Source: a virus
Taxonomy: Duplodnaviria > Caudoviricetes
Virus record (IMG/VR): IMGVR_UViG_3300046779_000771
Coordinates: 1-31,848 of that record
Length of the DNA stretch: 31,848 bases
Strand: one strand, 5' to 3'
Below the pieces are notes generated by a model, which was not told the origin of the DNA, did not search any database, and saw nothing but the letters and a program-made list of their open reading frames with translations. How positions within the stretch are numbered: the first letter of the stretch is position 1; each line of letters starts with the position of its first letter. The translations under genes and the position numbers were made by a program. Positions 19,380-27,100 of the stretch are shown one piece after another.

Positions 19380-21215
19380 ATGGCTGATAATACTACCACC
19401 TACACCACCATTATTGACACTCAGGTTAAAGGAGCTGAGGAAGTTAAAGATTTAGGGGATAAATCCGAAGAAACCGAAGTAAAGTTTAAGTCTCTAAAAA
19501 CTCAAATTAGAGAAACAGTTGTTGCTATGCAAAAGTTGGAAGACGAAGGTAAAGCAGCAGGTGCTGAGTTTGAGAAATTGAGAAGTAAATTGGATGATTT
19601 GAATGATACTCAGGATAGAGCAAAGTTCAAAGCAGGACAATTTGAAGATAAACTTGCATCTCTACCTGGTCCATTAGGACAATTAGGTGGTGGGTTAAAA
19701 ACCGTAGGTGATTCATTTGCTACATTTGGTAAAACTCTTACAGTATCATTAGGTATTGTTGGTTTATTAGTTGCTGCATTCTTTGCAATCAAAGAGGCAA
19801 TGGGTAAAACCAAAGAGGGACAAGAAAACTTATCCAAAGCAATGACTGCTTTCAATACAGTTCTTGCACCTATATTTGCTATATTAGAACAAGTAGGAAA
19901 TATAATCCTACCAATTGTAACCAAAGGATTTGAGGTATTAGGACAAGTAATGTCAAAAGTAGCTGGATTCTTCGGTGCATCTGATGCTAAGATTAAAGAG
20001 GTGCATGGTTCATTAGAACAAAACAATGAGTTAGTTCAGAAGACAGCAGAGAATAATAAAAAAGCAGCTGAGGAGTTAAAGAAACAAAAAGAAGAGGAAG
20101 CTAAGAAACACGCTGAAACTCTTGCTAAAAAGAAAGCTGCTGATGAAAAAGCAGAAGCTGAAAGAAAGAAGAGAGAGGAAGAAAGAAAGAAAAAAGAAGC
20201 AGAACGTCAGAAAATACTTGATGATGCAAATAAGGTATTAGTAGATGCTTACATTTCTACACTTGCTCAGAGAGACCAGGAACTATACAAAGCAGCACAA
20301 ACTCATAATGAGAGAATGTTGGCATTGGAGAAGGCAGGTTTCAAAGATAAAAGTGCAGTATTAGAACAATACAGAATTGAAACTGATGCTATCAACAAAA
20401 AGTTTGATGATGAAGCTGCTAAGAAAATAGAGGATGATAAGAAGAAGGCAGAGGATGAAGCTAAACAAAAAGCAGAAGATGATAAGAAGAAAGCAGAAGA
20501 GAAATTAGCTGCTGAGAATCAAGCAAGAGAAGATACTACATCTTTATTAGAAGCTGATTACATCTTAAAGAAACAAAACAACGAAGCTACCTATCAGGAT
20601 GAGGTTGATTTATTTGATAAGACAAGAGCATTAGGTAGAGAGACAATGGTTGCAAATGAGGCATCACAAGATGCTATACTTGCATACGATAAACAAACGG
20701 CAGCTGCCAAATTAGAAATTGAAAAAGCACAACAAGCTGCAAAGGTTGCAATCATCTCAAATGCATTGGGAGCAGTTGCAGATTTGGTTGGTAAAGAAAC
20801 AGTTGCAGGTAAAGCTCTATCTGTGGCTCAGGCAATCATCAATACATATCAAGGAGCTAACTTAGCACTTGCTTCATCACCTCCACCGTTTAACTTTATT
20901 GCGGCAGGAACGGTAGTTGCGGCAGGTTTGATGAACGTTAAAAAGATATTAGAAACTCCATTGCCAGGTATTGCTGGTGGTTCAGCAGGTGGTGGTTCAC
21001 AAGGAGCTATGCCAACTGCACCACAAATGCCAACAATGTCAGCACCTCAAATATCTACATCAGGTGGAACAAATCCAACCTCACAGTTAGCAGATACACT
21101 TGCTGCAAGTAGTGGTAAACCAATCAAGGCTTATGTGGTTAGTGGTGATGTATCATCTCAACAGGCATTAGATAGAAGAACGAGTAGAGCTGCAACTTTT
21201 AGTAGTGGTGGATAG
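19380..21215 (+). CDS. Tail tape measure protein
   Basis: 611 aa; long Ala/Lys/Glu-rich helical coiled coil, hydrophobic segment (LGIVGLLVAAFFAI), C-terminal KAYVVSGDVSSQQALDR. Confidence 0.8.
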   Translation: MADNTTTYTTIIDTQVKGAEEVKDLGDKSEETEVKFKSLKTQIRETVVAMQKLEDEGKAAGAEFEKLRSKLDDLNDTQDRAKFKAGQFEDKLASLPGPLGQLGGGLKTVGDSFATFGKTLTVSLGIVGLLVAAFFAIKEAMGKTKEGQENLSKAMTAFNTVLAPIFAILEQVGNIILPIVTKGFEVLGQVMSKVAGFFGASDAKIKEVHGSLEQNNELVQKTAENNKKAAEELKKQKEEEAKKHAETLAKKKAADEKAEAERKKREEERKKKEAERQKILDDANKVLVDAYISTLAQRDQELYKAAQTHNERMLALEKAGFKDKSAVLEQYRIETDAINKKFDDEAAKKIEDDKKKAEDEAKQKAEDDKKKAEEKLAAENQAREDTTSLLEADYILKKQNNEATYQDEVDLFDKTRALGRETMVANEASQDAILAYDKQTAAAKLEIEKAQQAAKVAIISNALGAVADLVGKETVAGKALSVAQAIINTYQGANLALASSPPPFNFIAAGTVVAAGLMNVKKILETPLPGIAGGSAGGGSQGAMPTAPQMPTMSAPQISTSGGTNPTSQLADTLAASSGKPIKAYVVSGDVSSQQALDRRTSRAATFSSGG

Positions 21216-21237
21216 TAAAGATTTTTAGACCTTTTGA

Positions 21238-21245
21238 TGTTATTA
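21238..21245 (+). promoter_or_regulatory. Putative late promoter motif TGTTATTA
   Basis: 4 nt upstream of ATG 21250. Confidence 0.55.
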
Positions 21246-21249
21246 CAAT

Positions 21250-22308
21250 ATGAAATTATATGAATTAAAAGTAGAGGATGAAAACGTAGATGAGGTATTT
21301 GCTATCTCATTGGTTGAAAATCCTGCGATTGAATCGGATTTTATTTACTTCCACAATGAGCAAGTAATGTTTACATCAGTTAGTGATGAAAAACGAATTG
21401 TGTTAGGTCCTATACTTTTGCCAGACAAGAAGATATTGAGAGTAGATGCAGCAGGAGAACCTTATGAGGTATTCTTTACAAAAGAAACTGTTGCTAAATT
21501 AGCTCAAAATTACCTTATGAAAGGTTATCAAAAGAAAGCTACTTTGGAGCATGATGGTAAAATAGATGATGTAACTCTTGTTGAGAGTTGGATTAAAGAA
21601 TCCAAACTCAATGATAAATCAAATATGTATGGATTAAACTTACCTGTGGGTGCATGGGTTGGTATGTTTAAGATAAACAACGATAAGATTTGGAATGATT
21701 ATGTTAAAACTGGTAAGGTAAAAGGGTTCTCTATTGAGGGAGCATTTGAACACCAATTAGTAAAAGCATCCAAAGAATTAGAAATCCTACAAAAAGAGAT
21801 TACTGAATTATCAGAAGTAGAAGCTGATATTGTATTAGCTCACATCAAAAACATAATCAAAAAAGATAAGAGATTTGCCAAAGGTCAAAAATTGGTAGAA
21901 GAATCACATTCTGATTATGGTGATGGGATTAAGAATAATGCACAGAAAGGAATTGATTTAAACGAAAAGAATGGTAATAAGTGTGCTACTCAAACCGGTA
22001 AGGTAAGAGCACAACAATTGGCAAAGGGTGAACCTATTTCAGTTGATACCATCAAACGTATGTATTCCTATTTGAGTAGAGCAGAAGCATACTACGATGA
22101 GAAAGATATGAATGCTTGTGGAACTATCTCATACCTATTATGGGGTGGTAAAGCAGGATTAGCTTGGAGTAGAAACAAATTAAGAGAGTTAGGAGAATTA
22201 GAATTAGAAGGAGTTCAACCATCGGTTGCTTCATCTTATCCTGGTGAAGGTCCTACTAACAAAAAGAAAGATTATACACACCCTGCATTGTTAGGGAAAA
22301 AGAAGTAA
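21250..22308 (+). CDS. XkdF-like putative prohead serine protease with C-terminal extension
   Basis: AISLVENPAIE, KRIVLGPILLPD, TLEH, VESW, GAWVG and VKGFSIEG motifs. Confidence 0.8.
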   Translation: MKLYELKVEDENVDEVFAISLVENPAIESDFIYFHNEQVMFTSVSDEKRIVLGPILLPDKKILRVDAAGEPYEVFFTKETVAKLAQNYLMKGYQKKATLEHDGKIDDVTLVESWIKESKLNDKSNMYGLNLPVGAWVGMFKINNDKIWNDYVKTGKVKGFSIEGAFEHQLVKASKELEILQKEITELSEVEADIVLAHIKNIIKKDKRFAKGQKLVEESHSDYGDGIKNNAQKGIDLNEKNGNKCATQTGKVRAQQLAKGEPISVDTIKRMYSYLSRAEAYYDEKDMNACGTISYLLWGGKAGLAWSRNKLRELGELELEGVQPSVASSYPGEGPTNKKKDYTHPALLGKKK

Positions 22309-22309
22309 T

Positions 22310-22678
22310 ATGGCAACATTTGTAGAGTTTTTATCCGTATTGAATAGTGCTAAACAACAAGCAGTATTCTTCCATAATCAAACAGAAGTATATTCAGAAC
22401 ATAAAACCTTAAATGGTTTTTACGAAGATATTGAAGACCGTTTGGATGGATTAGTAGAATCTGTTGCAGGTATATACGGAAGACCACAAGGATACGAAGC
22501 ATATGATTTTGTAAATTGGACTTCAACTGATGATACAATTGAGTATTTCAGAAACCTTTACACATATGTAGAAACTGAAAGAAAGAGTTTATACTCTGAA
22601 AGTTGGATTCAAAATCAAATAGATGAGATTTCAGCTCTTATAGCATCTACCATTTACCTTTTAACCTTAAAGAAATAA
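22310..22678 (+). CDS. Ferritin/Dps-like four-helix protein (DUF5856-like)
   Basis: HNQT..YSEHKTLNGFYEDI...DGLVES..GIYGR and NQIDEI...TIYLLTL. Confidence 0.65.
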   Translation: MATFVEFLSVLNSAKQQAVFFHNQTEVYSEHKTLNGFYEDIEDRLDGLVESVAGIYGRPQGYEAYDFVNWTSTDDTIEYFRNLYTYVETERKSLYSESWIQNQIDEISALIASTIYLLTLKK

Positions 22679-23178
22679 TGTTAGGAAATCAACAATTATT
22701 AAAGAAACTAAAAGGGATTCGTTTAGCAACCTGTCCTACTGCTACAAAAGATATTGCAACTAACTTAAAGAATAGACAGAACGCAATTGATACGGCACAT
22801 TATGGTCCGTTAAATCCAAATGAACCTAATGAGGATTATTGGGAAGCAAAAGCTGATATGTTTGAAGGTGATGTAGCAGAAGCAAAGAAAGCTCTTTGTG
22901 GTAACTGTGCATTCTTCATTCAAACACCAGAGATACTAAACTGTATTGCAGAAGGTATTGGAGGAGATGTTAAAGATGAGTGGGCAACAATTGAAGCAGG
23001 TGATTTAGGATACTGTGAAGCATTTGATTTTAAGTGTGCAGCAAAGAGAACCTGTGATGCTTGGGTAGTAGGTGGTCCTATTACTATGGAAATTGAACCT
23101 AACCCTTGTTGGGAAGGATATGAACCTATTGGATTAAAGCCAGATGGTTCACCAAACTGTGTTCCTATCAAAGAGTAA
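22678..23178 (+). CDS. Cys-rich hypothetical protein (HiPIP-like Cys spacing)
   Basis: CGNCAFF...GYCEAFDFKCAAKRTCDAW; C-terminal PCWEGYEPIG...PNCVP mini-module. Confidence 0.6.
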   Translation: MLGNQQLLKKLKGIRLATCPTATKDIATNLKNRQNAIDTAHYGPLNPNEPNEDYWEAKADMFEGDVAEAKKALCGNCAFFIQTPEILNCIAEGIGGDVKDEWATIEAGDLGYCEAFDFKCAAKRTCDAWVVGGPITMEIEPNPCWEGYEPIGLKPDGSPNCVPIKE

Positions 23179-23191
23179 TATATAAGTATAT

Positions 23192-23506
23192 ATGAACGGT
23201 AATAGTGTAAATAAGAAGATATTAAACTTTGCTACTAAAACGAAAAGAATATCGTTGGCAGAAGCAAAGGATATTGTATTGACTTGGTATGAACCATTTC
23301 AGATATGGTCTGACAAACTATATGCAGGACAGATAAGAGGTAGAGAAATGGAATCAGTTGCTGGTCCATCAGGTGATGCAGTATATGATTACGAAGCAAG
23401 AGGTTATATGGTTCTTTACGATTTCTCTGTAAATGATTTCAGAACTATCGTATGGGATAATGTAACTAAATTAAAGAAAGACGGGATAACCTATTATATA
23501 AGATAA
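23192..23506 (+). CDS. Hypothetical protein, possible SH3/WYL-like beta barrel
   Basis: 104 aa; VLYDFSVNDFRTIVWDNV. Confidence 0.5.
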   Translation: MNGNSVNKKILNFATKTKRISLAEAKDIVLTWYEPFQIWSDKLYAGQIRGREMESVAGPSGDAVYDYEARGYMVLYDFSVNDFRTIVWDNVTKLKKDGITYYIR

Positions 23507-23507
23507 G

Positions 23508-23855
23508 ATGCCACTACCTAAAAAGAAAGAAGGAGAAAGTAAAGACCAATTCATCAGTAGATGCACATCTGCATTATACCCAAATGAATACGACCAAAGA
23601 CAAGCGTTAGCGGTATGTTACAATATATGGGAAGGTAAAGAAATAGAAGCTATGAAAACACAAGCACCATTTGATAGAAAAAAGGATGAGTTCCAATTAC
23701 TATCAGCTGAAAGAGAATTAAGATTAAAAGGAATTGAAGCAGCAGATTATCCGTGGTCGGAGTGTGTTGCAGATATGACCGAAAGATACGGAGATGAGGA
23801 CACAGCCAATAAGGTATGTGGAATGATTCGTTCAAAATACGGAAGTAAAGAGTAA
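23508..23855 (+). CDS. Hypothetical protein with two small Cys-pair modules
   Basis: MPLPK..ESKDQFISRC...AVCY and YPWSECVAD...KVCG. Confidence 0.65.
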   Translation: MPLPKKKEGESKDQFISRCTSALYPNEYDQRQALAVCYNIWEGKEIEAMKTQAPFDRKKDEFQLLSAERELRLKGIEAADYPWSECVADMTERYGDEDTANKVCGMIRSKYGSKE

Positions 23856-23900
23856 AGATAATATTGGGAGTGCCATTTCAATAGTATAGTGTATGTTTAG

Positions 23901-23933
23901 AAACCCTACTGATTATTTCGGTAGGGTTTTTTG
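23901..23933 (+). terminator. Intrinsic terminator ending the late region
   Basis: AAACCCTACTGA-loop-TCGGTAGGGTTT then TTTG. Confidence 0.8.
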
Positions 23934-23965
23934 TTTGTAAATGTCAATTATTTTTACTATATTTG
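23934..23965 (+). promoter_or_regulatory. Bacteroidota-type housekeeping promoter
   Basis: TTTG (23934-37), 20 nt spacer, TATATTTG (23958-65) matches the -33/-7 consensus TTTG/TAnnTTTG. Confidence 0.65.
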
Positions 23966-23971
23966 TAAATG

Positions 23972-24088
23972 CTATTGTTATTACAGAAAACCATTAAAGA
24001 ATGCCCAGTCTTTATAACCTTTACTGGGTTGGTTTTTATCTCTGTATATATCCTAGTAGGTTTGTTCCATTTCCTACTAGGATTTTTT
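23972..24088 (+). ncRNA. Candidate small structured RNA
   Basis: No ORF; promoter upstream; multi-stem hairpin (TACAGA/TCTGTA, AAAACCA/TGGTTTT, CCCAGT/ACTGGG) then perfect 11-bp stem ATCCTAGTAGG/CCTACTAGGAT plus T tract. Confidence 0.4.
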
Positions 24089-24099
24089 ATGTCTGATAA

Positions 24100-24131
24100 T
24101 TTGTAAATCTAAAATATTTTCCGTATATTTG
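24100..24131 (+). promoter_or_regulatory. Bacteroidota-type promoter for the replication gene
   Basis: TTTG (24100-03), 20 nt spacer, TATATTTG (24124-31). Confidence 0.7.
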
Positions 24132-24164
24132 TAGTGTTATTGAAAAAAACAATACTTATATAAA

Positions 24165-24262
24165 ATAGATTGTGAGATAATCTATAAAAGAAACTGAACG
24201 ATATGTTCAACCCACCCAAACATAGTTGGTAATCTCACTACCAATTATGCTTTGGGTTTTTT
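24165..24262 (+). promoter_or_regulatory. Structured 5' leader with complementary hairpin loops and a terminator-like stem
   Basis: Loop GTGAGAT (24172-78) is the exact reverse complement of loop ATCTCAC (24232-38); the second hairpin ends in a T tract. Confidence 0.55.
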
Positions 24263-24273
24263 ATTTTAACAAA

Positions 24274-24855
24274 ATGGAAGCTACAAATTATTTCCAACAC
24301 GATTACAGAAGTAGATTAGATAAGAAATTATTGAAAATCAGAATGAAACACCATATGGCAGGAGTTGGTGTTTATTGGTGTTTAGTAGAAATGCTACACG
24401 AAGGTAATGGATTCATTGAAATGGATACTGAAACTATCGCATACGAATTACAATGTGATGAACAGATTGTAAAAGATGTGATTGATATATGTTTTGAGTA
24501 TGTAGAAGATATGATTACTTGCAATAGAGTTATTGAAAACTTGGAGTTTAGACAACAGAAATGGGAAGCTAAAAGTCAAAAAGGTAAAGAAGCTGCTGAT
24601 AAAAGATGGTCAGAGTATAGGAAACTTAAAGATAACCTATCCCAAACCCATACCGAACCTATGGGTGACCTATACCAAACCCATACCAATCCTATACCAA
24701 ATTATGCAATAGAGAAAGAGAAAGAGAAAGAGATAGTGAAAGATAAAGAAAAAGAAATAGAGAAAGTAATAGGAATAGATAAATGGATAGATAATAGTAA
24801 AAGCAGTAATGAAGCAGCTGCTGATTATTTATTTAATCAACTGAAATCTATTTAA
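24274..24855 (+). CDS. Putative replication initiator (DUF4373 / Lin1244-like N-terminal domain)
   Basis: Start revised to ATG 24274; YFQHD..SRLDKKL..IRMK..MAGVGVYWCLVEML; GKEAADKRW; KEKEKE linker. Confidence 0.75.
   Translation: MEATNYFQHDYRSRLDKKLLKIRMKHHMAGVGVYWCLVEMLHEGNGFIEMDTETIAYELQCDEQIVKDVIDICFEYVEDMITCNRVIENLEFRQQKWEAKSQKGKEAADKRWSEYRKLKDNLSQTHTEPMGDLYQTHTNPIPNYAIEKEKEKEIVKDKEKEIEKVIGIDKWIDNSKSSNEAAADYLFNQLKSI
24635..24700. repeat. Six tandem 11-bp iteron-like repeats (probable origin)
   Basis: acctatcccaa, acccataccga, acctatgggtg, acctataccaa, acccataccaa, tcctataccaa, inside the initiator gene. Confidence 0.7.
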
Positions 24856-24861
24856 AAATAA

Positions 24862-24892
24862 TTGAATTATTTTCAGTATTTTTTTACGTTTG
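24862..24892 (+). promoter_or_regulatory. Bacteroidota-type promoter upstream of the early operon
   Basis: TTG (24862-64), 20 nt spacer, TACGTTTG (24885-92). Confidence 0.45.
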
Positions 24893-24935
24893 GAAAATTA
24901 AAATGATATTTATGTTTATACACAATACTAAATAA

Positions 24936-25463
24936 ATGGAACTTATGAAACATTGTAATAAATGCGGAGAAACAAAAGATGTAACTAACTTCTCCAAATC
25001 ATCAGCAAGAAAAGATGGTTTACAGGATTACTGTAAAGCATGTAATAAAAAGAACAACTTAAAGTTCAGAACAGAAATCAATCCACAACATCACGCAGAG
25101 TGGCAAAGAAACAATCCTGATAGATTGTGTGAGTTAGTTAAAAAGTATCGTAAAGCAGATAAAGGTGGTGCTATCTATTCAATCAGAAATCCAGAAGGAG
25201 AAACTTACATTGGTATGACAGAAGCATATCTAAACGTAAGATGGTTAGAACACAGACAACATTACAAAAGAGCACAGAAAGGTAAGAACCTTGCATTACC
25301 TAAATTACACGAATCGTTTTCAAAATATGGTATAGAGAATCACACTTTTGAAGTAGTAGTTGAATTGCCAGGTATAGATAGACAACAGTTAAGATTCATA
25401 GAAACATCATTCATAGAATCATTTCAACAAATCGGAAAATCCTTAAACATCAGAGTAAAATAA
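24936..25463 (+). CDS. GIY-YIG endonuclease with N-terminal zinc finger (free-standing homing endonuclease-like)
   Basis: CNKC...YCKAC; AIYSIRNPEGETYIG; RWLEH; KYGIENHTFEVV; IE...SLN. Confidence 0.85.
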   Translation: MELMKHCNKCGETKDVTNFSKSSARKDGLQDYCKACNKKNNLKFRTEINPQHHAEWQRNNPDRLCELVKKYRKADKGGAIYSIRNPEGETYIGMTEAYLNVRWLEHRQHYKRAQKGKNLALPKLHESFSKYGIENHTFEVVVELPGIDRQQLRFIETSFIESFQQIGKSLNIRVK

Positions 25464-25741
25464 TGAATATAAAAGTATTAACACCAGAAGAATCGTTAGA
25501 GTATTGGAACAAAGTAAGAGAAGAAAACAAATCTCTAACACCACATCAGATAGAGCAATGGATTAAATCCATCCCTTCAACAGGTGGACAAACGATGTAT
25601 ATCATCGGACAAGATAATTGGGATAAGTTCTACAAATGGATTTACACATTAGAAGGACAAGAAGCATGGCAAAGAGATTTAGATTTAATAACATACATTG
25701 AAAATTGGTGGAAAGAAAATGGAGAAACAACAGAAGTATAA
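25463..25741 (+). CDS. Hypothetical protein
   Basis: 92 aa, TAATG-coupled to the upstream gene. Confidence 0.6.
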   Translation: MNIKVLTPEESLEYWNKVREENKSLTPHQIEQWIKSIPSTGGQTMYIIGQDNWDKFYKWIYTLEGQEAWQRDLDLITYIENWWKENGETTEV

Positions 25742-25856
25742 GATGTTACAATTGCCAGAAGAAGTTCATACTATTCTGAAAGAGCATTGTAAAAAGAACA
25801 ATATGATTATGAGTGCGTATGTAGCAACTCTCATTAGAAAAGCATTAAAGAAATGA
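25719..25856 (+). CDS. Ribbon-helix-helix DNA-binding protein (45 aa, not in ORF track)
   Basis: MEKQQKYKMLQLPEEVHTILKEHCKKNNMIMSAYVATLIRKALKK. Confidence 0.65.
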   Translation: MEKQQKYKMLQLPEEVHTILKEHCKKNNMIMSAYVATLIRKALKK

Positions 25857-26026
25857 AATCAAACGGATTAGGATTTGGAACTATATTGTTCCTAATATTT
25901 TTAACATTGAAACTAACTAACAATATACAATGGAGTTGGGTATGGGTAACATCCCCACTATGGATTCCAATTGTAATTGTAGGATTAGCAGTTGTATTAT
26001 TAGCTTTAATATCAAAAAAGAAATGA
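25853..26026 (+). CDS. Small two-helix membrane protein (57 aa, not in ORF track)
   Basis: MKSNGLGFGTILFLIFLTLKLTNNIQWSWVWVTSPLWIPIVIVGLAVVLLALISKKK; ATGA overlaps at both ends. Confidence 0.75.
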   Translation: MKSNGLGFGTILFLIFLTLKLTNNIQWSWVWVTSPLWIPIVIVGLAVVLLALISKKK

Positions 26027-26301
26027 ACTACAAATACAAAATAATCAAACAGATATACAGAGATGAGTATGGTAATATATTAAAAACATACTATTATATT
26101 AAAGAACGAACTACATTCTTTGGTATAGGATATTGGAAAACTATAACTCATGAAATATGTGGTGGGGGTTATTGTATAGATGAAAAAACCTTATTTAGTT
26201 CAGTAGAAGAAGCTGAAAAGTTTATTAAAAAGAAACTATGTAATAGAGTAGGAAGAGAAGGATGGGAAGAAGCAGAAGTTAAACGATTAAATTGTAAATA
26301 G
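26023..26301 (+). CDS. Hypothetical protein
   Basis: Start revised to ATG 26023 (ATGA overlap with the membrane protein gene); MNYKYKIIKQ... Confidence 0.6.
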   Translation: MNYKYKIIKQIYRDEYGNILKTYYYIKERTTFFGIGYWKTITHEICGGGYCIDEKTLFSSVEEAEKFIKKKLCNRVGREGWEEAEVKRLNCK

Positions 26302-26303
26302 AA

Positions 26304-26516
26304 ATGAAAGTAATTAAATGCATCGGATGCTTCATTAGATTGGGAAGTATCTTAGAACACATCATAGGATTAGTAACCTTAGGTCACGGAAAGACATTTG
26401 CAAGTTGGGTAGCAAGAACATTCTTCGGAACTGCTAATTGTGGATGTGATAGAAGAAGAGTATGGTTAAACCAATTGACTTGTAAAGATTATTCAGAATC
26501 AATCTCCATAATCTAA
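26304..26516 (+). CDS. Hypothetical Cys-motif protein
   Basis: 70 aa; LGSILEHII...NCGCDRRRVWLN. Confidence 0.65.
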   Translation: MKVIKCIGCFIRLGSILEHIIGLVTLGHGKTFASWVARTFFGTANCGCDRRRVWLNQLTCKDYSESISII

Positions 26517-26582
26517 AAAGGGGCTGGGGATATTCAGTCGTAGAAGATAAAAATTATTGATAGTAACTTAAACAAAAAACAA

Positions 26583-26864
26583 ATGAGCACACAATTCACA
26601 GTCCATAAAGGAACATTAGATGGTTCATCTCCACAACAGATTGACCCGAATGCAATGTATGTAGTAGATTTTACAAAATTAGAATCCGTAAATGATTTAG
26701 TAGTAATCCTTTCGGCTATGGGTATAGCATTTCCCGCAAACCACCCGCATTTTGAGCAGGTTAAGAGCTTTTTAGCTTTGGATAACCCAATACCCATTCA
26801 ACAACCGAACGTTCAACCAGAGGGCAAGAAACTATCTCTACCGAAACTTAAAACTTTAAAATAA
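26583..26864 (+). CDS. Hypothetical protein
   Basis: 93 aa; A-rich start context. Confidence 0.6.
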   Translation: MSTQFTVHKGTLDGSSPQQIDPNAMYVVDFTKLESVNDLVVILSAMGIAFPANHPHFEQVKSFLALDNPIPIQQPNVQPEGKKLSLPKLKTLK

Positions 26865-26865
26865 G

Positions 26866-27099
26866 ATGGAAGAACAAAAGTATCAACCCTTATCTTATAC
26901 GGAGTTCATTGAGTTGAAAAACCAATTGGATAAAATATCGGTAAACATACCCGAATCCGTAGCACCCTACTTATGGGATAACTACAATCGTATCAGAGCA
27001 GTATCAGAACCTCGTCCTTGTATGTGTCAATCATCGGCATCACTTTGGATTGGTTGTGTAAACTATCTGAAAGAATGGGTTGAATCTAAATTGAAATAA
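26866..27099 (+). CDS. Hypothetical Cys-motif protein
   Basis: 77 aa; YNRI...RPCMCQSS. Confidence 0.6.
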   Translation: MEEQKYQPLSYTEFIELKNQLDKISVNIPESVAPYLWDNYNRIRAVSEPRPCMCQSSASLWIGCVNYLKEWVESKLK

Positions 27100-27100
27100 G

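Noticed and set aside
23856-24273. tRNA gene or attP site in the large intergenic region
   Set aside because: No cloverleaf or T-loop consensus is seen and no integrase is present
25930-26022. ORF-track start at 25930
   Set aside because: This region is better explained by the 57-aa membrane protein in another frame, with ATGA coupling to ATG 26023
25853-26026. Holin call for the small membrane protein
   Set aside because: It lies in the early operon with no adjacent lysin, and topology alone is insufficient
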